Part shown: piece by piece, positions 37,535 through 46,479 of the stretch | Layout: the number at the start of each line of letters is the position of its first letter | Position numbering within the stretch: position 1 is the first letter of the stretch | Assembly: GCA_028866935.1 (NCBI GenBank) | Contig: JAGWHH010000001.1 | Span: 1 to 51,624, forward strand | Source: Candidatus Micrarchaeota archaeon | Lineage (GTDB): Archaea > Micrarchaeota > Micrarchaeia > Micrarchaeales > CABMGC01 | Reading direction: 5' to 3' | DNA length: 51,624 nt | The notes under the pieces: model-generated | What the model was told of the DNA's origin: nothing | Database searches by the model: none | The model's input: the letters and a program-made list of their open reading frames with translations, nothing else | Position numbers and translations under genes: made by a program

Positions 37535-39215
37535 TTGCATATCGCTTCTCTATCTCGGTCTTTAGCTGAGCTATGAAGTCTGAGTTCTTTACCTGGTTCT
37601 TCTGCGTGCCATCCCTCATTCTTACGGCCAGGGTTGCGCTCTCCTCCTCCTTCTTGCCCACCACAACAGTGTAAGGTATCTCATGCATCTTGGCATCCCT
37701 TATCTTGTACTGGAGAGTCCTGTCTGAAATGTCAAGAAGTGTCCTGATCCCATTCTCTTTAAGCTCTCTGTAAACTTTTTGAGCGTAATCGCTTACCTGT
37801 TCAGAAATGGATACAACCGCGACCTGTGTAGGCGCAATCCATACTGGCAGCTTTCCATGGAAGTGCTCTACAAGTATTGCAGTGAACCTCTCAACAGACC
37901 CAAGCGCAGCACGGTGTATTATCACAGGACTATGCTGTTTTCCATCCTCTGCAGTGTATTCAAGACCAAAGCGCAAAGGCTGTTGGTAGTCGACCTGCAT
38001 GGTAGCGCATTGCCATGCCCTGCCCATTGAGTCATGAACATCAAAATCAATCTTTGGTCCGTAAAATGCGCCCTCCTTGTCCTTAATCTCATATTCCATT
38101 GCGCTCTTTTCAAGAGCGCTCCTAAGCTGCTTTGTGGCCTTCTCCCATAGTGCTTCATCGCCCATATGCTTGTCTGGCATTGTCGAAAGCTTGGCAGTGA
38201 ACTTAAGTCCGAAAGTTTCGTAGACCGTCTTGACAAACTTTAGGAACCTGCCCGCCTCTTCCTCAATCTGGTCCTCCCTTAGGAAGATATGGCCGTCGTC
38301 CTGAGTCATCTCCATCACCCTGAAGAGGCCAGTAAGCGCCCCGCTCACTTCCTTCCTGTAGAGCTTGTCAAAGGTAGCGGTGCGGAAAGGAAGTTCCCTA
38401 TAACTCCATTTCTTTGATTTGTAGATAAGTATCGTAGATGGGCAGTTCATGGGCTTAAGTCCGAGCTGCCCCATGTCGGTATCAAACATGAACATGTTCT
38501 CTTTATAATTTTCAAAGTGTCCGCTCACATGCCATAGCGCAGTGTTTGCGATAGCTGGAGTACTTGTCTCTTCATAACCATCCTTCTCCTCGAGCTCCCG
38601 AATAAATTTTATAAGCTGTTTGTAGATTGTGTAGCCGTTAGGATGCCAGTATACCATTGACGGAGAGACTTCCTGGAAGCTGTAAAGGTCAAGCTGCTCG
38701 CCTATCGTCCTGTGGTCCTCCTTTGCAAGCCCAGACCAGTCACTCTTCCTTACTATGGACGTGTTTATCTCAACAGGCTTTACCTTTTTGTATATCTTTT
38801 CTGATGCCTTTGGCCCATAGCTTCTTGCCTGCTCGGCAAGCGGATGCCCCTTTATCGCAAATGTGGGCTTCTTCGTCCATCCGAATGGGGCCTTGTAAAC
38901 CTTGAACTCCTTTGAAATGTTCTTGTACATATCATTTATGATCTGCATTGCCTCTTTTGGACGTGCAAGGTTGTTGCTAAGGTGTGCATAAGGGTAAAGT
39001 ACGACGGTCTTCCTTCCAAGCTGCTTAAGAAATTTCTCTATGTCCTTTACTGCAGTATCTCCAGTCTCAACCGTATCTCCTTCCTCTATACTGATAAGTA
39101 CAAGAAGGGCGTCATCTACTGATACGCTTTTCTGCTCAGGTTCTTCGTAAACTTCAGCCTCAGGCCTGATTGCTTCATACTTAATGTTATCAGAGTCTAA
39201 CTCCAGTATCCTCAC
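37527..39215 (-). CDS. thrS: Threonine--tRNA ligase (archaeal editing domain + bacterial-type core)
   Basis: YPYAHLS, APFGW, KGHPLAE editing domain; DHR, LKPMNCP, GAFYGPKIDF, IIHRA.LGS.ERF. Confidence 0.95.
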   Translation of the reverse strand: MRILELDSDNIKYEAIRPEAEVYEEPEQKSVSVDDALLVLISIEEGDTVETGDTAVKDIEKFLKQLGRKTVVLYPYAHLSNNLARPKEAMQIINDMYKNISKEFKVYKAPFGWTKKPTFAIKGHPLAEQARSYGPKASEKIYKKVKPVEINTSIVRKSDWSGLAKEDHRTIGEQLDLYSFQEVSPSMVYWHPNGYTIYKQLIKFIRELEEKDGYEETSTPAIANTALWHVSGHFENYKENMFMFDTDMGQLGLKPMNCPSTILIYKSKKWSYRELPFRTATFDKLYRKEVSGALTGLFRVMEMTQDDGHIFLREDQIEEEAGRFLKFVKTVYETFGLKFTAKLSTMPDKHMGDEALWEKATKQLRSALEKSAMEYEIKDKEGAFYGPKIDFDVHDSMGRAWQCATMQVDYQQPLRFGLEYTAEDGKQHSPVIIHRAALGSVERFTAILVEHFHGKLPVWIAPTQVAVVSISEQVSDYAQKVYRELKENGIRTLLDISDRTLQYKIRDAKMHEIPYTVVVGKKEEESATLAVRMRDGTQKNQVKNSDFIAQLKTEIEKRYAIT

Positions 39216-39302
39216 TATATCACTGACAGAATAGCTTATGACCCTAAGAATTTAAAGCCTTTCTTCAGCGACTGCGGCATTAACGTTAACTATTAGGAAG
39301 GC

Positions 39303-39328
39303 TTATATATTATAATGTCATAACATTA
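39303..39328 (+). promoter_or_regulatory. TATA box and adjacent inverted repeat (candidate RHH operator)
   Basis: TTATATAT followed by TAATGT-CATA-ACATTA (39313-39328). Confidence 0.5.
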
Positions 39329-39349
39329 AATTATATACAAGATGAGTCC

Positions 39350-39568
39350 ATGGCTGGGGAAAAAAGGAAATATACTACGATAACAATACCAACAGCACTG
39401 TTCGATAACATAAAGAGGGAGATAGCTGCTACAGGCTTTTCTTCAGTATCCGATTACGCTACATACATACTGCGCGAAACTACCGCAGAGCTAGCCCTTA
39501 GGAAATCGAGCAACAAGTCGAAAAGCGCAATTGCAGAAAAATTAAAGGCATTAGGATACATCTCGTGA
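39350..39568 (+). CDS. Ribbon-helix-helix (CopG-like) regulator
   Basis: YTTITIP..LFD.I.....GFSSVSDYATYILRE; C-terminal KLKALGY. Confidence 0.85.
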   Translation: MAGEKRKYTTITIPTALFDNIKREIAATGFSSVSDYATYILRETTAELALRKSSNKSKSAIAEKLKALGYIS

Positions 39569-39572
39569 TAAA

Positions 39573-39854
39573 ATGGCAGGAATCAAGGACATTATGGGAG
39601 CCTTAAACAAGGAGCAGTCAAAAGCGAACTGGGAGAAATTCGGGAAAGCAGTAAAGTCGTCAGGATTGAAATACTACCATATCGAATTTGACAAGTCTAA
39701 GGTAAATGAACTTGAGGATTTAAGGAAAGCGCATGCAGACTTGTACGATTCCAAAGAGAAGCTTGTATACAAGATACCTATAATCATGGAAAACGGGAAG
39801 AAGATAAGAGGAGCAACAATCTACCTGAAAGGACTGCTTAATCTGAACAAATAG
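39573..39854 (+). CDS. Small hypothetical protein in the cysDN operon
   Basis: 93-aa ORF tightly packed between the RHH gene and cysD. Confidence 0.7.
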   Translation: MAGIKDIMGALNKEQSKANWEKFGKAVKSSGLKYYHIEFDKSKVNELEDLRKAHADLYDSKEKLVYKIPIIMENGKKIRGATIYLKGLLNLNK

Positions 39855-39862
39855 GCGACTTT

Positions 39863-40651
39863 ATGATAAAGCAAAATATAGATGAGCTAGAGGAAAAAGG
39901 CATTTATGTAATCAGAGAGGCAAAGACCAAATTCAAGAATGTGGCAGCGCTCTGGTCTATGGGAAAGGATTCTACTACAATGCTTGCACTGGCGAGGAAG
40001 GCGTTCCTAGGAAAGGTCCCATTCCCTGTCATCCATATTGATAACGGCATCGATTTTCCAGAAACATATCAGTTCAGGGAGGAGCTTGCAAAGAAATGGA
40101 AACTTGATCTTATAGTTGCAGAAAGCGAGATAAAGCCGGAGATGTCGGGTTTTTCCTGCTGCGGCGAAAACAAGACTGTCGCGCTCAAGAAGGTTATGGC
40201 AAAGTACGGATTCGACGCCCTCATAGTCTCTATCAGGAGGGATGAGCACGGTATAAGGGCCAAGGAGAGGTACGTGAGCCCCAGGGATCATAACTTCAAA
40301 TGGAACTATAAAGACCAGCCCGCCGAGCTTTGGAACGATTATTCATCTAAGCTAGATGAGAAAGGGCACGTAAGAGTGCATCCACTTCTGGACTTCAATG
40401 AAATAGACGTCTGGAATTACATAAAGAGAGAAAAGGTACCTATGAACCCACTCTACTATTCAAGGAACGGATACAGATACAGAAGCCTTGGATGCACCCA
40501 CTGCACGACAGCAGTAAAGTCCAATGCAAAGTCAATAGATGACATAATCAAGGAGCTCGAGGTCACCAAGGTCGAGGAAAGGGCAGGAAGAGACCAGGAC
40601 AAGGAAAAAAGTTACATTATGTCAAGGCTCCGCGCACTCGGATATATGTAG
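39863..40651 (+). CDS. cysD: Sulfate adenylyltransferase subunit 2
   Basis: ELE...IYVIREA, WSMGKDS, RRDE...RAKER, RVHPLL, YRSLGC..CT, ER.GR.QD. Confidence 0.92.
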   Translation: MIKQNIDELEEKGIYVIREAKTKFKNVAALWSMGKDSTTMLALARKAFLGKVPFPVIHIDNGIDFPETYQFREELAKKWKLDLIVAESEIKPEMSGFSCCGENKTVALKKVMAKYGFDALIVSIRRDEHGIRAKERYVSPRDHNFKWNYKDQPAELWNDYSSKLDEKGHVRVHPLLDFNEIDVWNYIKREKVPMNPLYYSRNGYRYRSLGCTHCTTAVKSNAKSIDDIIKELEVTKVEERAGRDQDKEKSYIMSRLRALGYM

Positions 40652-40659
40652 GTGGTAAA

Positions 40660-41058
40660 TTGGTATTCAAAAAAGGACACCCAACTTATCTAAAGCATTA
40701 CTCAGAAGAAACTAATGAAAAAATGAAGAAGGCATGGATGCATAGAAAATTTCCAGAAAAGGATAGCGAATTAGAACTCAAATTACAAATGGCATCAAGT
40801 CAAAATTATATAAAATTCGAAAAGCAAGCCCAATTTACAGGCCGCCCTGACATATTTATCCAACCTACTCCATGTATCTTTGTAGATGGTTGTTATTGGC
40901 ACGGTTGTAATTGCAAATTTAATCAAAATCAAAAAGGCCAACATGCCGATTATATAAAAACTAGAATCCAACCTGACACAGTAGTAAGTGAAGAATTTAC
41001 TAACCAAGGCTTCATAGTGCTTTGGTTTCGAGAACATGAAATACAAAGGGGCATTTAG
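40660..41058 (+). CDS. NUMOD3 + Vsr/DUF559-type endonuclease (free-standing homing endonuclease-like, possibly decaying)
   Basis: FKKGH...HYSEET.EKM NUMOD3; PDIFI, FVDGCYWHGC, GF.VL...EHEI; visibly AT-rich. Confidence 0.75.
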   Translation: MVFKKGHPTYLKHYSEETNEKMKKAWMHRKFPEKDSELELKLQMASSQNYIKFEKQAQFTGRPDIFIQPTPCIFVDGCYWHGCNCKFNQNQKGQHADYIKTRIQPDTVVSEEFTNQGFIVLWFREHEIQRGI

Positions 41059-41088
41059 AGTGCATAAATAAGACAAGATCATACCGTA

Positions 41089-42315
41089 ATGTTTCAAAGT
41101 GAAAAGATGGACATAACTAGAGTAACTCTATTAGGACATAAAGATCACGGTAAATCGACTTTGATAGGAAATCTACTAATAGAAACGAAATCCGTATCAT
41201 CCCAAAGGATAAACGAAGCAAAGAAGATAAGCAAACAGCTTAATAGGCATTTTGAGCCTGGATTCATCCTAGACAGTTTTGAGGAGGAGAGGGAGGGCGG
41301 CCTTACCATAGATACTACTAGGGCACAGATACTATACAAAAAGGGCGCTTTCGAGTTCATAGATGTGCCGGGGCACGAGGAGCTGATAAAGAACATGATA
41401 AGCGGGGCATCTAATGCAGATTTTGCAATCCTTATGGTCTCTGCAAGAAAAGACGAAGGAATAAGGGATCAGACACTAAGACATCTGTTCCTCGCGCAAA
41501 TGCTCGGTATAAGGAAAATAATAGTTGCCGTAAATAAGATGGATCAAATAGGCTATGATGAAGAAGTATTTTCAGGAATAAAGGAAACAATCTACGAATT
41601 CCTGACAAAGATAGGATATGAACTCAAGAACATACACGTCGTTCCGATATCAGCATATAATGCCGAAAACCTGAAGTCCAGATCTAAGAACATGAAATGG
41701 TATAAAGGCAAGCCACTGCTGGACATAATGTTAGAAGAATCCAAATCCGAAAATAGGTCTGCAGGTACTGAACTTAGGGTATCAGTACAGGGTACTTTAG
41801 ACGGACAAGATTTACTTATAGGCAGAGTACTGTCAGGCACGCTCAGAAACGGCGAAAGGATAGTAATGCTTCCTCAAAACTCTCAATACAAGGTATCAAC
41901 TCTATTCATAAAGGGCAAGAAGGCAAAGTCAGCCAAGCCAGGCCAAAGTGTAGCTATAAAGCTGGACAAGAAGCCACCTGTAGAAGCAAGAGGCTCAGTC
42001 ATATGTCATATTGACAAGTCAATAAAGCCAGACAGCAGATTCAATGTGCTCATGTTCGCTGTGAAGAAGCCAGGCTCAGAAACAACCATAAATTTCAATG
42101 GAAACTCGCTAGGATGCAAGCTACGCATAACAGAAGTTATAGACACCACAACAGGAAGCAGGACAAACGAGGCACTAAAGCCGCTCAACGCAGCAAAAGC
42201 AGTTATAGATATCAACAGAAAGATAGTCGCAGAGCCTTTCAGCAAGTCCGAGCAGCTTGGGAGGTTCGTTTTATACGAAAAAGGGGAATTCTCAGGAATA
42301 GGCGTTATTATATAA
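41089..42315 (+). CDS. cysN: Sulfate adenylyltransferase subunit 1 (EF-Tu-like GTPase)
   Basis: GHKDHGKSTL, EREGGLTID, DVPGH, NKMD, PISA, WYKG; operonic with cysD. Confidence 0.88.
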   Translation: MFQSEKMDITRVTLLGHKDHGKSTLIGNLLIETKSVSSQRINEAKKISKQLNRHFEPGFILDSFEEEREGGLTIDTTRAQILYKKGAFEFIDVPGHEELIKNMISGASNADFAILMVSARKDEGIRDQTLRHLFLAQMLGIRKIIVAVNKMDQIGYDEEVFSGIKETIYEFLTKIGYELKNIHVVPISAYNAENLKSRSKNMKWYKGKPLLDIMLEESKSENRSAGTELRVSVQGTLDGQDLLIGRVLSGTLRNGERIVMLPQNSQYKVSTLFIKGKKAKSAKPGQSVAIKLDKKPPVEARGSVICHIDKSIKPDSRFNVLMFAVKKPGSETTINFNGNSLGCKLRITEVIDTTTGSRTNEALKPLNAAKAVIDINRKIVAEPFSKSEQLGRFVLYEKGEFSGIGVII

Positions 42316-42331
42316 GTTATAACAATAATGA

Positions 42332-43516
42332 TTGAGTGATTTTATGAAAGTAATGATATTAGGCGCAGACGGATATCTGGGATGGCCATTGTCGCTGAGG
42401 CTTATGGCGAGAGGTCATGAAGTGATAGGAGTGGACAATTTCGCTACCAGAAAGTCAGTGAAGGAAGTAGGTTCAGATTCAGCAATACCTATCCTTAGCA
42501 TGGAAAATAGGGTGAAAGCAGCCAAAGACATCCACGGATACAATATGAAATTTTACAGAGGCGATATAACAAAGTACGGCGTCCTTCATAAAATAATAAA
42601 GGAAGAGAAACCAGACACAGTGGTTCATTTTGCTGAGCAAAGGTCTGCGCCATATTCAATGATAAACGCAAAGCATGCTGCGTATACTATGTCAAACAAC
42701 ATCATAGGAACTATTAATCTCATATATGCCATAATGGACATAGACCCAAAAATTCACATAGTAAAGATGGGAACCATGGGCGAGTTCGGGACTCCGAACT
42801 TCGATATCCCGGAATCCCCATTTGTAGATGTGGAAATAAACGGAAGAAAGGACAGGATAACAACACCCAAGTTTGCAGGATCGTGGTATCATTGGACAAA
42901 GGTGCACGACACCAACAACATACTTTTCGCAAACAAGGCGTGGAAGATAACAACAACAGATATAATGCAAGGGCCGGTATACGGAACCAGGACAAAGGAA
43001 ATAACGGACAAGAAGCTCCACAGCCGTTTCGATTTTGATGAAGTATGGGGAACTGTAGTTAACAGGTTTACAGTAGAATCAGTGCTTGGAATACCGCTTA
43101 CTGCTTATGGCGCAGGTGGCCAGATAAGGGGCTATCTATCGCTTGAGGACAGCATGGAGGCGCTAAGGCTTCTTGTAGAGAATCCTCCAGAAAGCGGCTC
43201 ATACAGGTCAGCAAACCAGTTCGTTGAGCTTCTGAGCATAAATGAAATAGCAGACATCATCCAAAAGGCAGCAAAGAAGCATGGGATAGACATTGGCGTT
43301 GAGCACATGGAGAACCCCAGAATAGAAGCGGACAGACACTACTACAATCCAGAGATAAAGGTTCTCCCAGCCCTCGGATTCCACCCAAAGCTAAAGATGG
43401 CAGACCTTTCAGAGCAGCTGGTCAAGGATGTGATGCCTTACAAGGCACGCATGAACAAGTTCAGAGAAAGAATACTGCCGCACACAAACTGGAGAAGAGT
43501 AGAAAACGCCAGGTAA
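42332..43516 (+). CDS. agl3: UDP-sulfoquinovose synthase (Agl3/SqdB/SQD1 family)
   Basis: GADGYLGWP, HFAEQRSAPYSM, KMGTMGEFGTPN, GSWYHWTKVHD, QGPVYG, RFDFDE..GTV.NRF, NPR.E...HYY. Confidence 0.93.
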   Translation: MSDFMKVMILGADGYLGWPLSLRLMARGHEVIGVDNFATRKSVKEVGSDSAIPILSMENRVKAAKDIHGYNMKFYRGDITKYGVLHKIIKEEKPDTVVHFAEQRSAPYSMINAKHAAYTMSNNIIGTINLIYAIMDIDPKIHIVKMGTMGEFGTPNFDIPESPFVDVEINGRKDRITTPKFAGSWYHWTKVHDTNNILFANKAWKITTTDIMQGPVYGTRTKEITDKKLHSRFDFDEVWGTVVNRFTVESVLGIPLTAYGAGGQIRGYLSLEDSMEALRLLVENPPESGSYRSANQFVELLSINEIADIIQKAAKKHGIDIGVEHMENPRIEADRHYYNPEIKVLPALGFHPKLKMADLSEQLVKDVMPYKARMNKFRERILPHTNWRRVENAR

Positions 43517-44269
43517 TCAGAGGTTCTCAAAGGAGTATTCAATGGCTTTATGGTAGTTGTCGGTATCTCCTACATTTAGCCATCTTTCTTTCTCTAGGAG
43601 TATCCCATAAGCCTTGCCTCCGCTCTTTATCAGGCTCTGGATACCTGCGGTAAGCTCAAGCTCGCTTCCTGTAGGCTTGGATGTCTTAAGATGTTCGAAT
43701 ATTTTATGTGAAAAGACATACACTGCAGATATCATCATGTTTGATTTAGGGTTCTTTGGCTTCTCCTCTGCGCCAGTAATCCTGAATGCCTTATGCCCCA
43801 TGTAAGTCCATGCATCAGCCACTTCTGCTATGCCGTACCTTTTGGGGTTGTCCGTCTTCCTTAATAGCAAAACAACGTCTGCGTCTTTCTCCATGAATAG
43901 GCTTGCAGCCTCTACGTATCCTCCAGTGAGTACTCCATCATCAGCGTGCACAAATACTGGTTCATGGCTTGCATAGTCCTCTCCGCGCAGTACCGCGTCT
44001 CCAAAGCCCTTTGGCTGGTTCTGGAAGACAAATGTAACTCCGCGGTCAAAAAGGTAATCCATAAGCAGCGATCTGTGCTTTCCAACCACAAAGCAGAATT
44101 TCGACACGCCTGCAAGTGCAAGCGAGTCCATTATGTAATCTGCAACAGGCACAATTATCTTTTCGTTGTTCTCAGTTTTGAAGAGCGGCAGGAGTGCCTT
44201 TGGAACAACAGAAGTAACCCTTTTCATGCGGCTCCCTTCGCCTGCTGAGGTCACTATTGCCTTTAGCAC
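43517..44269 (-). CDS. Sugar-1-phosphate nucleotidyltransferase (GalU/RmlA family)
   Basis: AGEGSRM...T..VPKALLP, Q..PKGFGDAV, EEKP, ELELT. Confidence 0.9.
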   Translation of the reverse strand: MLKAIVTSAGEGSRMKRVTSVVPKALLPLFKTENNEKIIVPVADYIMDSLALAGVSKFCFVVGKHRSLLMDYLFDRGVTFVFQNQPKGFGDAVLRGEDYASHEPVFVHADDGVLTGGYVEAASLFMEKDADVVLLLRKTDNPKRYGIAEVADAWTYMGHKAFRITGAEEKPKNPKSNMMISAVYVFSHKIFEHLKTSKPTGSELELTAGIQSLIKSGGKAYGILLEKERWLNVGDTDNYHKAIEYSFENL

Positions 44270-44338
44270 TCCGCTCTTAATGCAAACACCACTATTAGTT
44301 AGATAAATAAGCTTTTAATACTAAATACTTTTGAGAAA

Positions 44339-45424
44339 ATGAAGCACATCCTGATGATGGAAACAGGCTCACTAAAGGTAGTTGGCGGAGCAGCAAAGGA
44401 CACGTACAAGCTCTACGAAAAGCTAAGGCAGAACAAAAACTACAGTATAGACCTTATGGGGGACTTTTCAAAAATAGGCAGATCTGCAGATATGGTTACA
44501 CTAACAGAAATGATGTCAAAGAAATATGACCTTATCTGGATGAATTCGATTAGGGACGTGCCAATTGCAGAAGCGTACAGGAATGCGCACAAGGGAAGCA
44601 TAACAAAGTTCCTTTACGTTGACCGCGGCAATGTGGTGCTCAATTCAAAGAGGGCAGGCCTCAAGAAGCTGCTCCCAAAAATGATTGCAAGAAGGTACCT
44701 TATTTCAAAGCTTGAGGGCTGGCTGGACTACTACATCGCAATATCCGCAGAGCAGTATGAGCATGCAAGGAGCTTCTTCAGGAAGAACACTGCTGTAAAA
44801 TACATAATGATAGCGCCTCATGAAGAGTACAAGGTGCTAAAAACAAAGCGCACATTCAGCGGCGCACTGGCAGTCTCAAGGCTTGATGAAAGGCAGAAGA
44901 AGATCAGCTTTATGATAAAAGGCATGGCAAGGGTAAAAGAAATGCACCCAGAACTGCGCAAGAAATTAATGCTCAAGATAGTCGGAACAGGCGTAAGCGA
45001 GCCTGAATACAGAAAGCTAGCAAAGTCGCTGGGCTTGGATGAAAACATTCTGTTTGAAGGATTTCTTACCGGAGAACCTCTAATAAAAGAATATAACAAT
45101 GCGGGCTTCCTTGTATCCACTTCCGAATGGGAAGGGCTTGGAAGGTCGCTGCTTGAGGCTATGGCATGCGGTCTCCCACTTCTAATTAACGATAACATAA
45201 ACACGCTGATCAAAACAAAACCAGAAACACATTTAGTTAAGGATGGGTTCAATGGACAGCTTTATGAATATGGCAACCTGGAGCAATTTTCTGACAAATT
45301 CTACGAGTTATATTCCAAACCCGCACTGCAAAAAAGGTTATCCTCTAATACAAAGCATTTCATAAAGCAGTTCAGCTTTGGCAATGTGGTAAAGAGCTAC
45401 AAAGAGATAATCGACGGCATATAA
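44339..45424 (+). CDS. Glycosyltransferase family 4
   Basis: GGA, SRL...QK, S.WEGLG.SLLEAMACGLP. Confidence 0.9.
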   Translation: MKHILMMETGSLKVVGGAAKDTYKLYEKLRQNKNYSIDLMGDFSKIGRSADMVTLTEMMSKKYDLIWMNSIRDVPIAEAYRNAHKGSITKFLYVDRGNVVLNSKRAGLKKLLPKMIARRYLISKLEGWLDYYIAISAEQYEHARSFFRKNTAVKYIMIAPHEEYKVLKTKRTFSGALAVSRLDERQKKISFMIKGMARVKEMHPELRKKLMLKIVGTGVSEPEYRKLAKSLGLDENILFEGFLTGEPLIKEYNNAGFLVSTSEWEGLGRSLLEAMACGLPLLINDNINTLIKTKPETHLVKDGFNGQLYEYGNLEQFSDKFYELYSKPALQKRLSSNTKHFIKQFSFGNVVKSYKEIIDGI

Positions 45425-45428
45425 CTGC

Positions 45429-45944
45429 TCAGTATTGTAGCCCTTTGTAAGCTTCACGCAGCTTGTTAACTGAAACCTTGATGCCATCCTCTTTGAAATA
45501 CCTTCTATCAGTGTAATTTATAGAAATCGGAGAGATCTTAATGAAGATACCTCCCTCCTGCTTGATCATGTGTCCTCCCATACTATCCGTGTTCCATTTA
45601 TCAACTCCGGTAAGTCTCATGCTTCTGTTCATGTATACCCGTTCGACATCCTGGTCAGGAACCTCGTTTGCCATTCCCTCTACCTGCACACCAACCTTGA
45701 ATCCTATTACATCCTTTGGCGATGAAAATATTGCAAGCGAAACCCTTGACCTTTTCTTTATATCAACTACGTGCCTGGTGTTTGCCTGTGACATAAAATA
45801 GAAATTTAAGTCAGCATCATATGAGAAATAGATCGGAGTTGCCCATGCACCATCATCCTCTCCAGTCGCAAGAACTGCAACCAACGCTGACTTCAAGCAA
45901 TCGTTTATCAATCTTGCCAGTTCGGGGTAGTCGTCATCTTGCAT
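45429..45944 (-). CDS. Pyridoxamine 5'-phosphate oxidase-like FMN-binding protein
   Basis: VLAT....WATPIYF..D...FYFMS...TRH.......VSLAI, GVQVEG. Confidence 0.8.
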   Translation of the reverse strand: MQDDDYPELARLINDCLKSALVAVLATGEDDGAWATPIYFSYDADLNFYFMSQANTRHVVDIKKRSRVSLAIFSSPKDVIGFKVGVQVEGMANEVPDQDVERVYMNRSMRLTGVDKWNTDSMGGHMIKQEGGIFIKISPISINYTDRRYFKEDGIKVSVNKLREAYKGLQY

Positions 45945-45958
45945 TGCACATGCCCCAA

Positions 45959-46441
45959 TTAATCGCTGCTTTTAAAGTCTACTGCAACTCTCCTATCTTC
46001 TCCAGTTACATACATTTTTACTACTTCAGCCTTAAAGAATCTAAATTCTGAGGGTTCAATATACTGCTCCGGCTTGTAAAGCTTAGCCGCATCGCCTTTC
46101 GATTGGGGGAAAAGCCTCTTGCAATAAAGCTCTATGGCCCTATTTAAGTCGCCTTTCTTTAACTGGGTTATCTTGACTTCTATTTGAACTCCGTCAGTCT
46201 CGCCGATAGGTTCTTCAGAGCTGAATATTGCCAATGCAGAATTAGGGTTCTCTTCAATATGTTTGGCGTGCCTGGAATCTATTGCCGATATGAAGTAGAA
46301 ATTATACTCGGAATCATGGGCGTATGCAACAGGTGCGACCCACGGCTTTAGATCCTTGCCGCAGGTTGCCACAACCATGTATGTATTGTGGTTTATGATA
46401 TATTTTGCCTTCTCCTCATACGTTCCGACTTGTCTTACCAT
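45959..46441 (-). CDS. Pyridoxamine 5'-phosphate oxidase-like FMN-binding protein (paralog)
   Basis: MVVAT....PWVAPV.Y..D...FYFIS...SRH...I..NP...LAI, GVQIE. Confidence 0.8.
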   Translation of the reverse strand: MVRQVGTYEEKAKYIINHNTYMVVATCGKDLKPWVAPVAYAHDSEYNFYFISAIDSRHAKHIEENPNSALAIFSSEEPIGETDGVQIEVKITQLKKGDLNRAIELYCKRLFPQSKGDAAKLYKPEQYIEPSEFRFFKAEVVKMYVTGEDRRVAVDFKSSD

Positions 46442-46479
46442 ACTACAAACTCTCTTCTAAACAATATAAGCCTTTCTTA

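Noticed and set aside
39863..40651. Alternative call as PAPS/APS reductase (CysH)
   Set aside because: IYVIREA, RAKER and ER.GR.QD motifs plus the adjacent CysN GTPase indicate CysD; the C-terminal ECGLH is absent
41089..42315. Alternative call as EF-1alpha
   Set aside because: Divergent C-terminal domains and position in the cysD operon favour CysN
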